In this document: positions 12,771-24,240 of the stretch, piece after piece
Layout of the letters: each line of letters begins with the position of its first letter
Position numbering within the stretch: position 1 is the first letter of the stretch
NCBI GenBank assembly: GCA_001662655.1
Contig: KV460253.1
Reading direction: 5' to 3' (one strand)
Source: Pseudogymnoascus verrucosus
Lineage: Eukaryota
Length of the DNA: 64,000 nt
Program-made: the position numbers and the translations under genes
The notes under the pieces: model-generated
The model's database searches: none
What the model saw: only the letters and a program-made list of their open reading frames with translations
What the model was told of the DNA's origin: nothing

Positions 12771-12949
12771 CCCCTAAGTGCAGGTCTACTCGACATGTTC
12801 TCCATCTCTCTCCAACAGTCAACCATGCTCCCATCGTGATAATTCCCTAAAGGCAGGAATAACAATTCTTTGACAAACAATCTCACCAACAACCCGCACT
12901 TCATCAATCATGTGCGACCATCCACCAGACACTCACCTGCACTTAGGGG
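12771..12949. repeat. Second perfect 15-bp inverted repeat upstream of the arginase TATA-like box
   Basis: cccctaagtgcaggt (12771-12785) and acctgcacttagggg (12935-12949). TATATATTAAAA follows near 12978. Confidence 0.8.
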
Positions 12950-13251
12950 TCTAGTCTAATTATCCCAAATCCCGCATATATATTAAAAGGGTCTTTCTCC
13001 CACCGCTCTCTTGCTTCCCTTTTCATTTTCTTACCCCTCCAAATATCCTACCTACTCCAAATCACTGTCGTCGTCATACCCTTCCCCCACCAACGCCCGC
13101 CCATTTTTACCTGCCCCACCACCGCTTTCAGCCAATAATACCGCCATTCTCGAATAGATAATACCCCAAAAGCAAAAGATAACACTCCAAAAAACCAATC
13201 TTCTCCTACGAGGATACCTTTTTTGCGTCTAATCACCCCTCAATCGCAACA

Positions 13252-14380
13252 ATGACCACCACCAGCATGGTCAAGCCCAAGTTCCTCACCCGAGGCAACG
13301 AGCTCGGCGTCGTCGCAGTCGGCTTCTCAGGCGGCCAGGTACGCTCTCCCCTCCTTCTCTCCCATTCTCACCACCTATCTAACATACACCCCTAGACCAA
13401 AGCAGGCGTTGACGCCGGCCCGTCCGAGCTGATCAAGAACGGTCTCCTCACCCAGCTCCACGAGGACCTAGGCTATGATATCCACCACGACGGCAAAGTG
13501 CACAACTACTCCGACGTGATCCCCGACCCATCGGCCGACCCCGACCACCGCGGCATGAAGCAGCCCCGCGCCGTGTCCGCCGTCACCCGCGCCCTCTGCG
13601 ACCAGGTCTACGCACAAGCCATCACGGGCCGCTGCGTTCTCACCCTCGGCGGCGACCACAGCATTGCCATTGGCTCTGTTGCTGGGACCGCGAAGGCTAT
13701 CCGCGAGAGGTTGGGGAGAGAGATTGCGCTCATCTGGATCGATGCGCATGCGGATATTAATACGCCCGAGATGTCGGATTCGGGGAACATTCACGGGATG
13801 CCTGTTGCGTTCCTGACGGGGTTGGCAAAGGATGATGATGAGAGTATGTTTGGATGGCTTAAGGATGAGATGAAGGTTAGCTTGAAGAAGCTGGTCTACA
13901 TCGGTCTTCGCGACGTGGATAGGGCGGAGAAGGTTCTCCTGAGAGAGCACGGCGTCAAGGCGTTCAGCATGCATGATATCGACAAGTAAGCTCACCCCCC
14001 CCCCCACCCCCCCCCCACCATCCATACGTAACCCCCCCCCCGCTAACCACCCCACCCCCCACAGATACGGCATCGGCAAAGTCATGGAAATGGCACTCGC
14101 CCACATCGGCAACGACACCCCCATCCACCTCTCCTTCGACGTCGACGCCCTCGACCCCCAATGGGCGCCCAGCACCGGCACCCCCGTCCGCGGCGGCCTC
14201 ACCCTGCGCGAGGGCGACTACATCGCCGAGTGCGTGCATGAGACTGGTAGCCTCGTCGCTATGGATATTGTGGAGGTGAATCCGTCGCTCGAGCCGGGGT
14301 TGGATGGCGTGGGTGCGTTTGAGACTGTTAGGGCGGGGTGCTCGGTCGTGAGGTGCGGGTTGGGGGAGAGTTTGTTGTAG
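13252..14380 (+). CDS. agaA: Arginase. Exons 13252-13338, 13396-13985, 14065-14380
   Basis: [71 protein letters not shown]: all canonical Mn-arginase motifs (CAR1 orthologue). Confidence 0.97.
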
Positions 14381-14776
14381 ATTTTGGGTTTTTGGGGGGA
14401 GGGAGTTTTTGGGGTATGGGAGGAAGGACTCTGCAATTAGACGGTGGCGCGGATTGCATTTTACCCTAGAAGCTGTGGTCCCGCATTATATGCGTCTTTG
14501 GCTTTATATTTTCCAGTTACTATAAAAGGAATATTTTTTATGATGTTAGGTTCTGGTTGTGGTTGTGATTGTGTTCTCACTCATGATTGGCACAGGTTAT
14601 GACAGTTTGTATTACGCACAAGGTCATCTTGTGTCACTGACATGTCAGAATGCAGTAGTGACAGTCATAGTAGCCCCCATCGGCAGCTACACCGTGAACC
14701 CCAGGCTCTCAGTATCGGCAGTTCCAAGACGACCACCATCCACCACGGCGCTTACTGACGCCCTGCCAGACAGCCA

Positions 14777-15168
14777 TTACTTCTTGTACACTTTCCCACT
14801 AGGCGCCGTGTATGAAGAGGACCCCTTCCCGTCGTTGTAATACGTCGACTGATCGCCGTTGGAGTAGTAATAACTCCCGTTCTGTACCCCGTCAGCTTCT
14901 CTCTCTCTGGCCCCACGTCTGATTTAGAAATGGAGGAAGAGGGGAGACAAGGCATGGCTCACGGTGTTGCTGTAGTGATATGCGGACCCGGAGGGCTGGC
15001 TACGGGTGTCGTAGCTATTCCCCTGGAAGTGGTCAGGGAGGCTGGTGGACAGCGGGGGAGAAGGGGGGGGACCTGGCTGTTTGTGCCGGTGCTGGTGGTG
15101 GTGTAGGGCGTGTAGTTGCTGGAGGAGCCGGAGCTGCCGCCGCCGCTGGAGTTGGATTTGCCGGACAT
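14777..15168 (-). CDS. Small Ser/Tyr/Gly/Asn-rich hypothetical protein, 86 aa. Exons 15168-15073, 15022-14963, 14881-14777
   Basis: Two phase-0 GT..CTGAC..CAG introns join MSGKSNSS...GTNSQ|GNSYDTRSQPSGSAYHYSNT|NGSYYYSNGDQSTYYNDGKGSSSYTAPSGKVYKK*. Confidence 0.8.
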
Positions 15169-15687
15169 CTTTGCCCGTGGTTTACGATCTTATTTCTGTA
15201 TATTGTGTTGTGTTGTATTGAACAGTTATCAGCTTCGATTATGAGAATGCTCGTTCAACGTTTTGGTTCCCTCAAGGCGGTTTTGGGTGGAAGATCATTC
15301 CATGGATTGCGGGGATGCGGGGTATAAGTATGGTGACCATGATGGGCTCATGTCCAAACTGTGCCGTGCTTGCTTTTGTACGTGATGATTGATAGGTTGA
15401 TGTTTCCTATCAGGGATGTTTCCTTGTTGGTAGACGCAGCGCGCGCGTGGGCACGGCCGGAATAACTGCGAAAGCGAACATCAAAGTACGTACCGCGCGG
15501 CTCTGGAGCCTGCCTGCCGTAAGCTACCTCAACAAGCAAGACAAGCAAGCAAGACCAAAGCTCTACCTCCACGCCACAACCTCATCCACAAACAACACAA
15601 CAATCCACTGTCGTTCATCTCAACCCACCCAACGACCAAACCTCACCTCACCACACCACACATCTCCCATCGCCATCAACCACAACC

Positions 15688-15701
15688 NNNNNNNNNNNNN
15701 N
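15688..15701. other. Assembly gap (14 N) that probably hides the RPN12 start
   Basis: Run of n, followed by low-quality-looking poly-C sequence. Confidence 0.95.
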
Positions 15702-16513
15702 TCCCCCCAACCCCCCCCCACCACCCCCCAAAAAACCCCCCCCCCCCACCCCCCCCTCACCCCCCTCCCCACCACCCCCCGCCCCCTCCTCCTCGCCTCC
15801 CGCTCCCTCTTCGAAACCGCCGCCCTAACCGCCATCCGCGCCAAAGACCCCGAGGCATTCACGCGCTACGTGCACCTCCTCGAGCCCTTCTACAACCTGC
15901 CCACCAATGTGTTGTCGCCTGCTGATTCGCAGAGGGCTAAGATTACGGGCTTGTTTCTGCTGTTGTTGTTGGTGAAGGGGGATTATGCGGGGTTTCATAC
16001 GGAGCTCGAGGCGTTGGAGATTCAGGGCGCGGATGTGGAGGGGGATCCGTTTTTGGGGTATCCGGTTAGGTTGGAGAGGTGGTTGATGGAGGGGAGCTAT
16101 GATCAGGTGTGGAAGGCGATGAGGAGTAGGGAGGTGCCGAGTGAGGAGTTTGGGATCTTTTCTGAGGTATGCGATCACCCCCCCAACCCCCAGTCTTTCT
16201 TCCCGTTTGAAAGAGCAAGATGCTGACGTTTGGCAAATAGATCCTGATCCCACGCATCCGCGCCGAAATCGCATCGTGCTCCGAGCGCGCATACCCTTCC
16301 CTCCCCGTCTCGAGCACGAAGGACCTCCTCTTCCTCGACTCCGAGGGCGCCGTGGTGCAGTTTGCCCAGAGCAGGGGGTGGGTGGTTAGAGATGGACGGA
16401 TCTACTTCCCTGCACAGGCGGTGGTGAAGGCGGAGGGCGAGGAGAGGGAGATTAGTCATAGGGCGATTGAGAATACGCTGGGTTATGCGAGGGAGCTGGA
16501 GACGATTGTTTAG
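15702..16513 (+). CDS. RPN12: 26S proteasome lid subunit RPN12 (5' end lost in gap). Exons <15702-16166, 16241-16513
   Basis: GLFLLLLLVKGDYAGFHTELE, YPVRLERWLMEGSYDQVW, IRAEIASCSERAYPSL, C-terminal LGYARELETIV*. Confidence 0.93.
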
Positions 16514-17176
16514 ATGAGGGGGGTGTAATTGGGAAAGGGGGGGAGGGGGATAAAGATGATGGATGGATGAATGGCTTGCAGGGGTTTGGCGTATGGGTGT
16601 ACGATCCCTTAGAGACGCATTGGGGGGGGATAAAATCGCTGCGGTTTGATCCGGATGCAATTACATGGATGGTAGAGGAGTAATTTTCATTGTTGTACCC
16701 AGGGAAAGACAGAGATATACGTCGTTCGGTGCCATTTATAACTGTGAAAATATTTTACTTCATCTGTCCAGCAGTTTTTATTTTCTTATATTTTTCGGTC
16801 CCATCCACGGATGGCAATATTATATGCCAAACTTGGATGCAACAGACATCACTCAATATTTATCTCATCGGCAGTCAAAATTACCAGCAACAAGTCAAAC
16901 ATAATCTAGAAATAATTGCTATATATATCCAAACATTCTGACGTCCATCCAGAAGCTCTGCCGCACAGACAGCACTAGCTAGCACCTATATCCAATCACT
17001 CTCCTCATCTGCACGAGGACAAACGCCTATCACATATCACAACTACTAACCACACAAATGCCTCCCCCTCCCATTATGCCCCCTCCTTGGACATGACCGC
17101 GCATGTAACCTCCCCCCTCGTCACGAAAGATATTTCCAACTTCCTCCTCTTCCCCTCCCCAACCCAAAACCCTCCC

Positions 17177-19369
17177 CTAATTAACCTCCTTCACACAACA
17201 AACCTTCCCCTCCTCCCCCACCAACGCCTCAGCCTTCGTCCCCTCCGCCGCAACCAACACGCTCTTATTCGTCGCCTGCGTACTCGGCGGGACATCAATC
17301 GCCGGGTTCCTACTGAAGAAATTCACCGGCTTCAGCGCAACCCTCATTATCTCGCACGGCATGACTGGGAAGTCCTCCACGCGGGGGACGTGGTTGATGC
17401 CAAACTGCACCCAGACTACGATATCCTTATCCTCGACGCTGTCCCCGCGCTCCGCCCAGCTACGCACGCCTGTTCCGCCGCGGGACTGGTTCGTGTAGCG
17501 ACCTCCGGCGTAGAGCTCGTCGTCGCGGTGCGCAGTGACGTAGACGTTGTGGTCCGCGAATTCGGCGCGGCGGTGGTGGAAGGAGGCGGGGGAGGCGAGC
17601 ATCTTCTGGAAGTTGGGAGCGTGGATCTTATACGAGACCGCGGCGCCGTTGATGGGGTTGCGGACCGCGGCATTGGCGATGCGGAAGGTGCGGTTGGTGT
17701 TGCTGTCGAGATCGAGACCGGCGGAGGTGGGAACGAGGGTCTCGTCGACGGTGTAGCCTACGCCGTGGGGATTAGAGTCCGAGACGGGCATGGGGTGCGC
17801 TTCATCGTAGACGAGGCGGTTGAGAGGGCCGTCGAGCATAGGGTCAATGCGGAGGGACATGATGTGCTGGTGGTGCGCTGCCAGGACGCCGGGGTGGACT
17901 ACTGTTCCGTAGGGCACGGTGATGCCCTCGTCTATGGGTGAGGTGGAGAGGATGCCAGTGGCGCGGACTTCGTAGGCGAGTTCTCCGGCTTGGTTGAAGA
18001 CGAAGGCGAGGATGTACTCGTAGTTCGCGACGGTGATGATGGATTGGATGACGAGCTCGCGGTTGCGCACGATGGCGGCGCGGCCGGTGCGGTAGTTGGT
18101 GTGTTTCCACCCGATGCCGTTGTCTTGCTCGTGGATGCAGACGACGTTGTCCATTGGGAGGGGGTCGCCGGCGGAGTTGTTCAGGATCGCGCTGACGTAG
18201 TGGATGGAGCCGAGGCAGTCGCATCCGAGTTTGAGGTTGTTGGCCATGATGCCCGCGCCGGCGTCGCCGAGGTCGAAGGCGGCTTTCTTGTGGTAGGGGT
18301 GCCGGGGGTCGGCGTAGGGGATGTTCATGTCGGAGAGAGAGAGTCTGTAGAAGAGGGGGCGGTTGTCGTAGTGGACGTCGTAGAGGACCATGCCTTCTCG
18401 AAGGTTGAAGCCGATCTTGAAGTTCCACTTCTGCCAGTCGACGGTGCGGCCGAGGTCAGAGAAGTTGCTGACGGTGAATGAGGCGCCCTCTGGTTGAACA
18501 ACGTTCAGTGGCTTGAGGTCGGTGCGGAGAGTCTGGGCCTCTGGGATATACTCATTGGCTGGATGCACCTTGTATGGGCCAAGCTCCTTGATGGTAGCAT
18601 CTGCTCCAGTGGGAAGGACGTCAATTCTGATGACCTTCATTGTCTCGGCACAGATGACGGGCGAGATGGGGAGGGGCATGGCGTAGTGGTTAGCGTCTGG
18701 CTCGTTGGCGTGCTTTGGATCTTTCATATAGATGAAGCATTGGAACATGCGCTTATCATCGTGGACACCATCAGAGCCTGGGTATGTTAGTGGCTGCACT
18801 CTATATCAAGACGGTTGATAAAATACCATAGATCCATGGATCGACAATAACGACGGAGCCCTCGGGAAGCTGCAACTTCGCAATGGCAGCCTTCATCCCC
18901 TCATCTTCCAACGCGATTTTCTCGACCATGAGAATCTCGTCACCATCAGCGTTGCTGTGGACGTTAGCTCCAAGGCGGACATTGCTCTCAATCTTGCCGC
19001 CCTGGGACAAGTTGATAACAGCCTCGTGTAGTTTATCCTACTCGCAATCAGCACCACTCATCTCATCTATCTCCGTTTCTTCGGATTACTTACAGTGTTA
19101 CGGATGTAGTAAAGCACGAAAGCCCTCCGGTCAATCTTGGCTGGCGTAGAACCACTGCGCTCAGCTTGGAGATATGGAAGTAGCTCTGCCTTGAGCGGTT
19201 CTAGTAACGTGACCGCCTTGAAGTTGAAATCCGTGTTCGCCGGCCACGAGGCCTTCAATAAGCTCGTGGCGCGGGTGATCTCGCTCGCCGTTAGGGGTCC
19301 AATTGGATGCTGCGCGACCTCCTCCTTTGCGCCTCCTACGAACGGCAGGGTGGTGGGGATTTTCTCCAT
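17177..19369 (-). CDS. Copper-containing (TPQ) amine oxidase. Exons 19369-19094, 19037-18827, 18777-17177
   Basis: HPIGPLTASEI N-terminus, DPWIY|GSDG, LKLGCDCLG, TVANYEY (TPQ consensus), HHQH and HVPRVEDFPVMP copper-ligand motifs. Confidence 0.96.
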
Positions 19370-19981
19370 TGTGACGACAAGCGGTACTGCCGATAGCGAG
19401 AATTTGGACAGGTGACGACTCGAAGAGGAACTCGACTGGAGTGACGATTCCAGAGAGAGAAATTATGTATGAGAAAGGGAAGTAGAGGTGAGCAAAGAAA
19501 GAGGAGAAGAGAAACTGGAAATGGTTCTATATATCCCCCCAGGCAAAAGGAAAGTCTAATTCTTATATAACTATTTCTATGGGCTACTTTCTTATCGGAG
19601 AAGTCGTATATTACTCGATTTCCCCCACTTGACCCCGCGTTGGCGGGCTGATTCGCTGCTCGGATGCGCATTCCCGATCGGGATAGATTGTGGTACCCGC
19701 CGATGGGATGGGATGGGACGAAAACACGATTCCGACGCAAGGAGCAACGTCGCAACTCATCGACCTGTTGTTCCTATCGAAAATGCTCCACATGTGCAAC
19801 GGAATTGTATTGAAATGTCGCTTTGAGTCACGGTTTGATTAGAGCCACCCCCGCCGACTTATGCGTATTTGTGGAGTTCTGACTGCGGACTGTTCCGCTC
19901 ATGCCACCATAATTATAAATCTACCCCTCACAAAACATATCATCTGAACAACAAAAAAAAGTGTTATTATACTGATCTAAT

Positions 19982-21573
19982 CTATGCCTGCCTCTTCTCT
20001 AACAGTAGAATACCGCTCGGCTTTTGTGACTTCCCCACTACGCCTTCTTCCCTTCCATAAATCTTCGTCCCGCGCAAATATGTCTCCCTAACTACACCCT
20101 TGAGCCTCTTTCCTTGATATGGGGTGACCTTGTTGCGGAATAGCATATCCGTCTTCTCTACTACAAAGCTTCCCTCATCGTCAAAGACACAGATATCTGC
20201 ATCGAGTCCCTCCTTCAGCGCGCCCTTGAGATGCTCAAGACCAACTTGCTTGGTGGTGTTAACACAGCACAGGCGCACGACGTCTATGATGCTCAAAGCC
20301 GGCTTTGCCGGCGCAGTCTGGTTATGCGCTGAGGTCCAGAGAATAGGCAGACCGAGACCAACACTGGAGATTCCACCCCAGCTAGCGAAGAAGTCGCCCT
20401 TCGCCTTGCCGTCATCAGCAGTCCCTGGTTCCGCGACGCTCAAGTGGTCGGGGAGGAGCTTCAACTCGGGGGTGCAGGGTGAGTGGTCCGAGACGATGGT
20501 TTGGATGACGGAGTTGGGCTCGTTCAGTTCGGCCCACAGACCGTCGCGGTTAGAGGCTTCGCGGATGGGCGGGCAGCACTTGTGGCGGGTGTCGCCTGTG
20601 GCGACGTCCTCTGATGCGAGAGAGAGGTAGTGGAAGCAGGTCTCGGCTGTGATCTTGATGCCTTTCTGGCGCGCTTCGCGTAGGAGAGGGATGGCCTGGA
20701 TAGCGCTGAGATGCACAATGTGCAGTGGTAGGGAGGGTGCGAGGTGAGCTAGCGAAATAACCTCCTCGATAGCGTAAGTCTCGAAAGCGGGAGGGCGGGA
20801 GGCCAGGAAGGAGGAGTAGGCGTCAAGTGGGCCGTGGGGTTGCGCTGGTGGGAGCGAAGCTTGGACGTCATCGCCGACGGAGTCAGTGATGGGCGGGATC
20901 ATCTCAGCATGGAATAGCACAGTAGTAGGCTGGGTTGCCAATGTCTTCAAGACCAGCGCCACATCCGTTGAAGACACGGCTGGGAACTCGTCAACCTATT
21001 CATCTTGTCAGTAAGTCTTTTCTCTACTTGAGTAGGCGTACTTACACCGCTCTCGATCAAGAATCCCTTAAAACCTCTAACTCCAGCTTCAACCAGCGGG
21101 ACGAGCTCGTCGGCATTGCCAGGGATAATGCCACCATAGAACCCAACATCCACCCAACACTGGCCTTCCGCTGCCTTAATCTTCTCCTTAAGCCCTGCCA
21201 CAGTCGTAGTTGGTGGGATGGCATTGAGAGGCATATCAATCACCGTAGTGACACCCCCACTCGCCGCTGCGCGAGTCCCCGTCCAGAAGCCCTCCCATTC
21301 CGTCCGGCCTGGCTCGTTCAAGTGCACGTGAGCATCCACGAGGCCCGGTAGGATAATGTTCGGAGAATGGTCAATGTACACTGTGTCTACAGGGAATTCC
21401 GACTGCGGAACAACTTCGGGGCGGACAGAGAGGATCTTCCCCGTTGCTGGAGATATCGTTATCGTTGCAGGTGACACAACAAGGTTGCCTTGCGCATCAG
21501 GGATGACGGCCCTAGTGGAGACGAGGACGGTCTGTGTGACCTCCTGTGTACTGGAGCGCGTAGTGGGCGCCAT
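19982..21573 (-). CDS. DAL1: Allantoinase (amidohydrolase superfamily). Exons 21573-21046, 20995-19982
   Basis: PGLVDAHVHLNEPGRTEWEGF, GGVTTVIDMPLNAIPPTT, GFKGFLIESG|VDEFP, FHAE, HIVHLS, AETCFHYL, KCCPPIR, SDHSPC, WGGISSVGLGL. Confidence 0.95.
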
Positions 21574-21885
21574 CTAGACTTCACTGGGAAGAGAGCCAAT
21601 GACTTGTGCTTTCGTTTCTACTTTTAACGTATGAAACGTGGAGACTGAGTGGGTTGAGATATAAGAAAGATGGAAAACACAGGTCGAGAATTGGGGATAA
21701 TGGAGACTGAAATGAGCTCTACAACTACCGCAATTTTCAAACCCGACAGGAAGAAATGGTCTCTTTTATACGGAATGCTTGGTTCTCGCCGGGAGGGGTC
21801 GTGGAGCAGGCTTGTTACAAGCTATAAGGTGTCTAGGGAGAAGCTTATCTGGGGTCTGGGGCATCGCCGCCACTCACAGGTTTTG

Positions 21886-21919
21886 ATCGAGTAAGCCATC
21901 GAGTAAGGCTATCGAGTAA
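21886..21919. repeat. Triple ATCGAGTAA motif in the allantoinase / Zn2Cys6 divergent promoter
   Basis: atcgagtaa at 21886, 21898 and 21911. Confidence 0.7.
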
Positions 21920-22575
21920 ACGTAGCCGCGGGACGATCTGCACGTTTCTATTCATATAAATCTCTAATTTTCAAAGGTTTTGCTGCTGGGTAGGCCAATA
22001 TGTAGATGAGATTTTGCTAGGGCGTTTAACAGCACCAATAATCTGAAATTTGAGAGCCATTGCTCTCTTTGTATTATCACCTTTCATTGATGATTCCTTC
22101 TTCAGATGCCCAAGTGCGTAATCGACTTTCGGTTATCGTCAGGACCTTTCCGCACCTCTGGAGTCGGGAATGATTATGTAAGGGCGGAGGTCGCCTAATT
22201 TCCTGTTTTCACACTAGGTAACGGCTAAACCGTGGAGAAAACGAAAGACTGGGAAAAGATCCTAGAACCCCACATGTTGCGCTAGGTCCAATGAGGTCCG
22301 GAGGCAACGATGGGGCCAACAGTCACATATCAAGTCATCTTCATGTAGAAGTGATTAGAAACTCTCATACCGTCGGGAACTATATCAATATTTGTTCTGT
22401 TCTGACCGCATCATCAACTAGAACCCACCGCGAATTATTTGTGCAACGTGCAAGGCTTCTTGCCACTATGAGTATCGCACAGTGATTACTTCAAAGCCGA
22501 GGGCGTGCAATCCGTCCCATAAGCAAGAGCCTTACCTTCCAAAGAGAGGCCGTGGAGGCTTTGCAGACTACAAAT

Positions 22576-24015
22576 ATGCCAAGACGCAATCCCCCATCAA
22601 GCGGGCCTAGTCAATCTTCCAGTGATCGGTCCTCCAGTGACCCTGACCAGACTGTTCCACGACGCCGAACAGCAGGGAATCGCCACTATAAGTCCCGTCA
22701 GGGCTGTTTCGAATGCAAAAGACGCAAGGTCAAGGTAAGTCTCAAAGCTACTCGCTTGCAATAAAAGCAAACCCAGTTTTCCACATATTCTAACTCTGCC
22801 GCTGTAGTGCCAGGAGACACAGCCAGCATGTGAGAACTGCGTCCGCCTGTCACTGTCTTGCCGGTATCTGCCCTATGGCGCCAATCCATCGCCAGGACAG
22901 GCAGTTACGTTGCATGAGAAGCAGATCTTTAATCTGACGGACATGCGGCTCTTTCACCACTATTTCGTTGCAGCTTATCCTCATTACCCTGTCAGAAATG
23001 ACAATATTTGGATTAGCTATGTGACTCCTATCAGTCATCAGGTATTTCCATCCACTGCATCAGGTTTTGTGCAGTACTGACACCAAACCCAAGTGTGACT
23101 TTCTGATGCACGCAATATTGGCATTGTCAGCGTCTCATCTAGAGAAACTGTCCAACAGCGGCCTGACAAAAGTCGCTCAAGCCCACCGTCTCGCTGCCAT
23201 TACGGGTCTGAATAGCCATCTAGACAAGCCATTGAAGACAGCAGCAGACGGCGATGCGGTTATCGCCACTTGTTTTGCATTGTTGATGCAATCCTGGTAC
23301 ATGGATGATGGACTCGAGTCTTTTCTGGTCATGACTCGAAGCTGTGAACTTCTTACCAAGCATGTTCGGAGCCAGAAAGTGGATGCGATACTTGCGCGAG
23401 ACGACTGTTCTCGCGTGGAAAATATGCGCCCAAGGCTCCACGGAGCCCCGAGCTATGATCTCGATTTTCTGAGCTTGGCCTCCCAGTCTGTCAATGACGT
23501 TGGGTTATTATGCGAAGAGAGCTATCAATGGAAGCTCCTTACAAGCCTACAACAATGTATTGCATCGCTAGCAAAGTCACAGATGGAAGGTATGTCAAAT
23601 TGCCATATCATGTTCAGTCAGAGGGCTTACAATTACAGGTTATATGTCCCACCTTAATATCGAATCTATCTTGGTCTCCATGGACCATGAAGAGCTCGTA
23701 CAGCTCATAGACCCTCAAAACGTCATTTCTCAGCTTCTCCTTGCTCACATGGTCGCCATACAGTTGATTCTCCGTCCAATTGTCTGCCGAGAGAGGAAAC
23801 AATATACTGTGACGATGTTCAGCATCCGCATGAGCCGATGGGTCGAGACGATTTGTGACAACGTCGGTGCAGGATACGACGGATTCTTAACATGGCCTCT
23901 CCTCGTCAGTCAATATCACAATACCAAGACTTTGGAGAAGCACATCCTTGCCTCGCCAGCAACATCAACGGGAATAGTTGGTTATAATGGGGGTATGAAT
24001 TTAGTAGCAACATAG
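22576..24015 (+). CDS. Zn(II)2Cys6 transcription factor (UPC2/sterol-uptake-like architecture). Exons 22576-22734, 22808-23041, 23094-23589, 23639-24015
   Basis: HYKSRQGCFECKRRKVK|CQETQPACENCVRLSLSC; DMRLFHHY; FLMHAILALSASHL. The second intron uses an AAG acceptor. Confidence 0.88.
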
Positions 24016-24240
24016 TTAGCATGGGGTGGAGCTACAGGTGATACGGAGTTAAGGTGATTTATGAACATGCCTCATGAGATAATTAGATATATATTTTGAC
24101 ATAGAAGGTCGTTACCCATCAACTTAATCCTGCCCTGTTATTCACCAAATGAATGGCAACCTTGCTCCCACCAACTCTGAACTCCTTAACAATCCTTATT
24201 ACTCCTAGCCATATCCTTTTTTGCGCCCACCCCACCTTCA

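Noticed and set aside
12990..13251. Possible 5'-UTR intron or uORF control of arginase, as described for Aspergillus agaA
   Set aside because: I saw no upstream ATG and no complete donor-branch-acceptor set in the presumed leader.
15702..15790. Poly-Pro N-terminal region of RPN12
   Set aside because: Directly next to an N gap with homopolymer runs; likely poor-quality sequence, so the translation is unreliable.
17087..18481. Long antisense ORFs (284 and 163 aa) over the amine oxidase
   Set aside because: Shadow ORFs caused by strong codon bias on the coding strand; the same applies to antisense ORFs over arginase, GH16 and TAF12.
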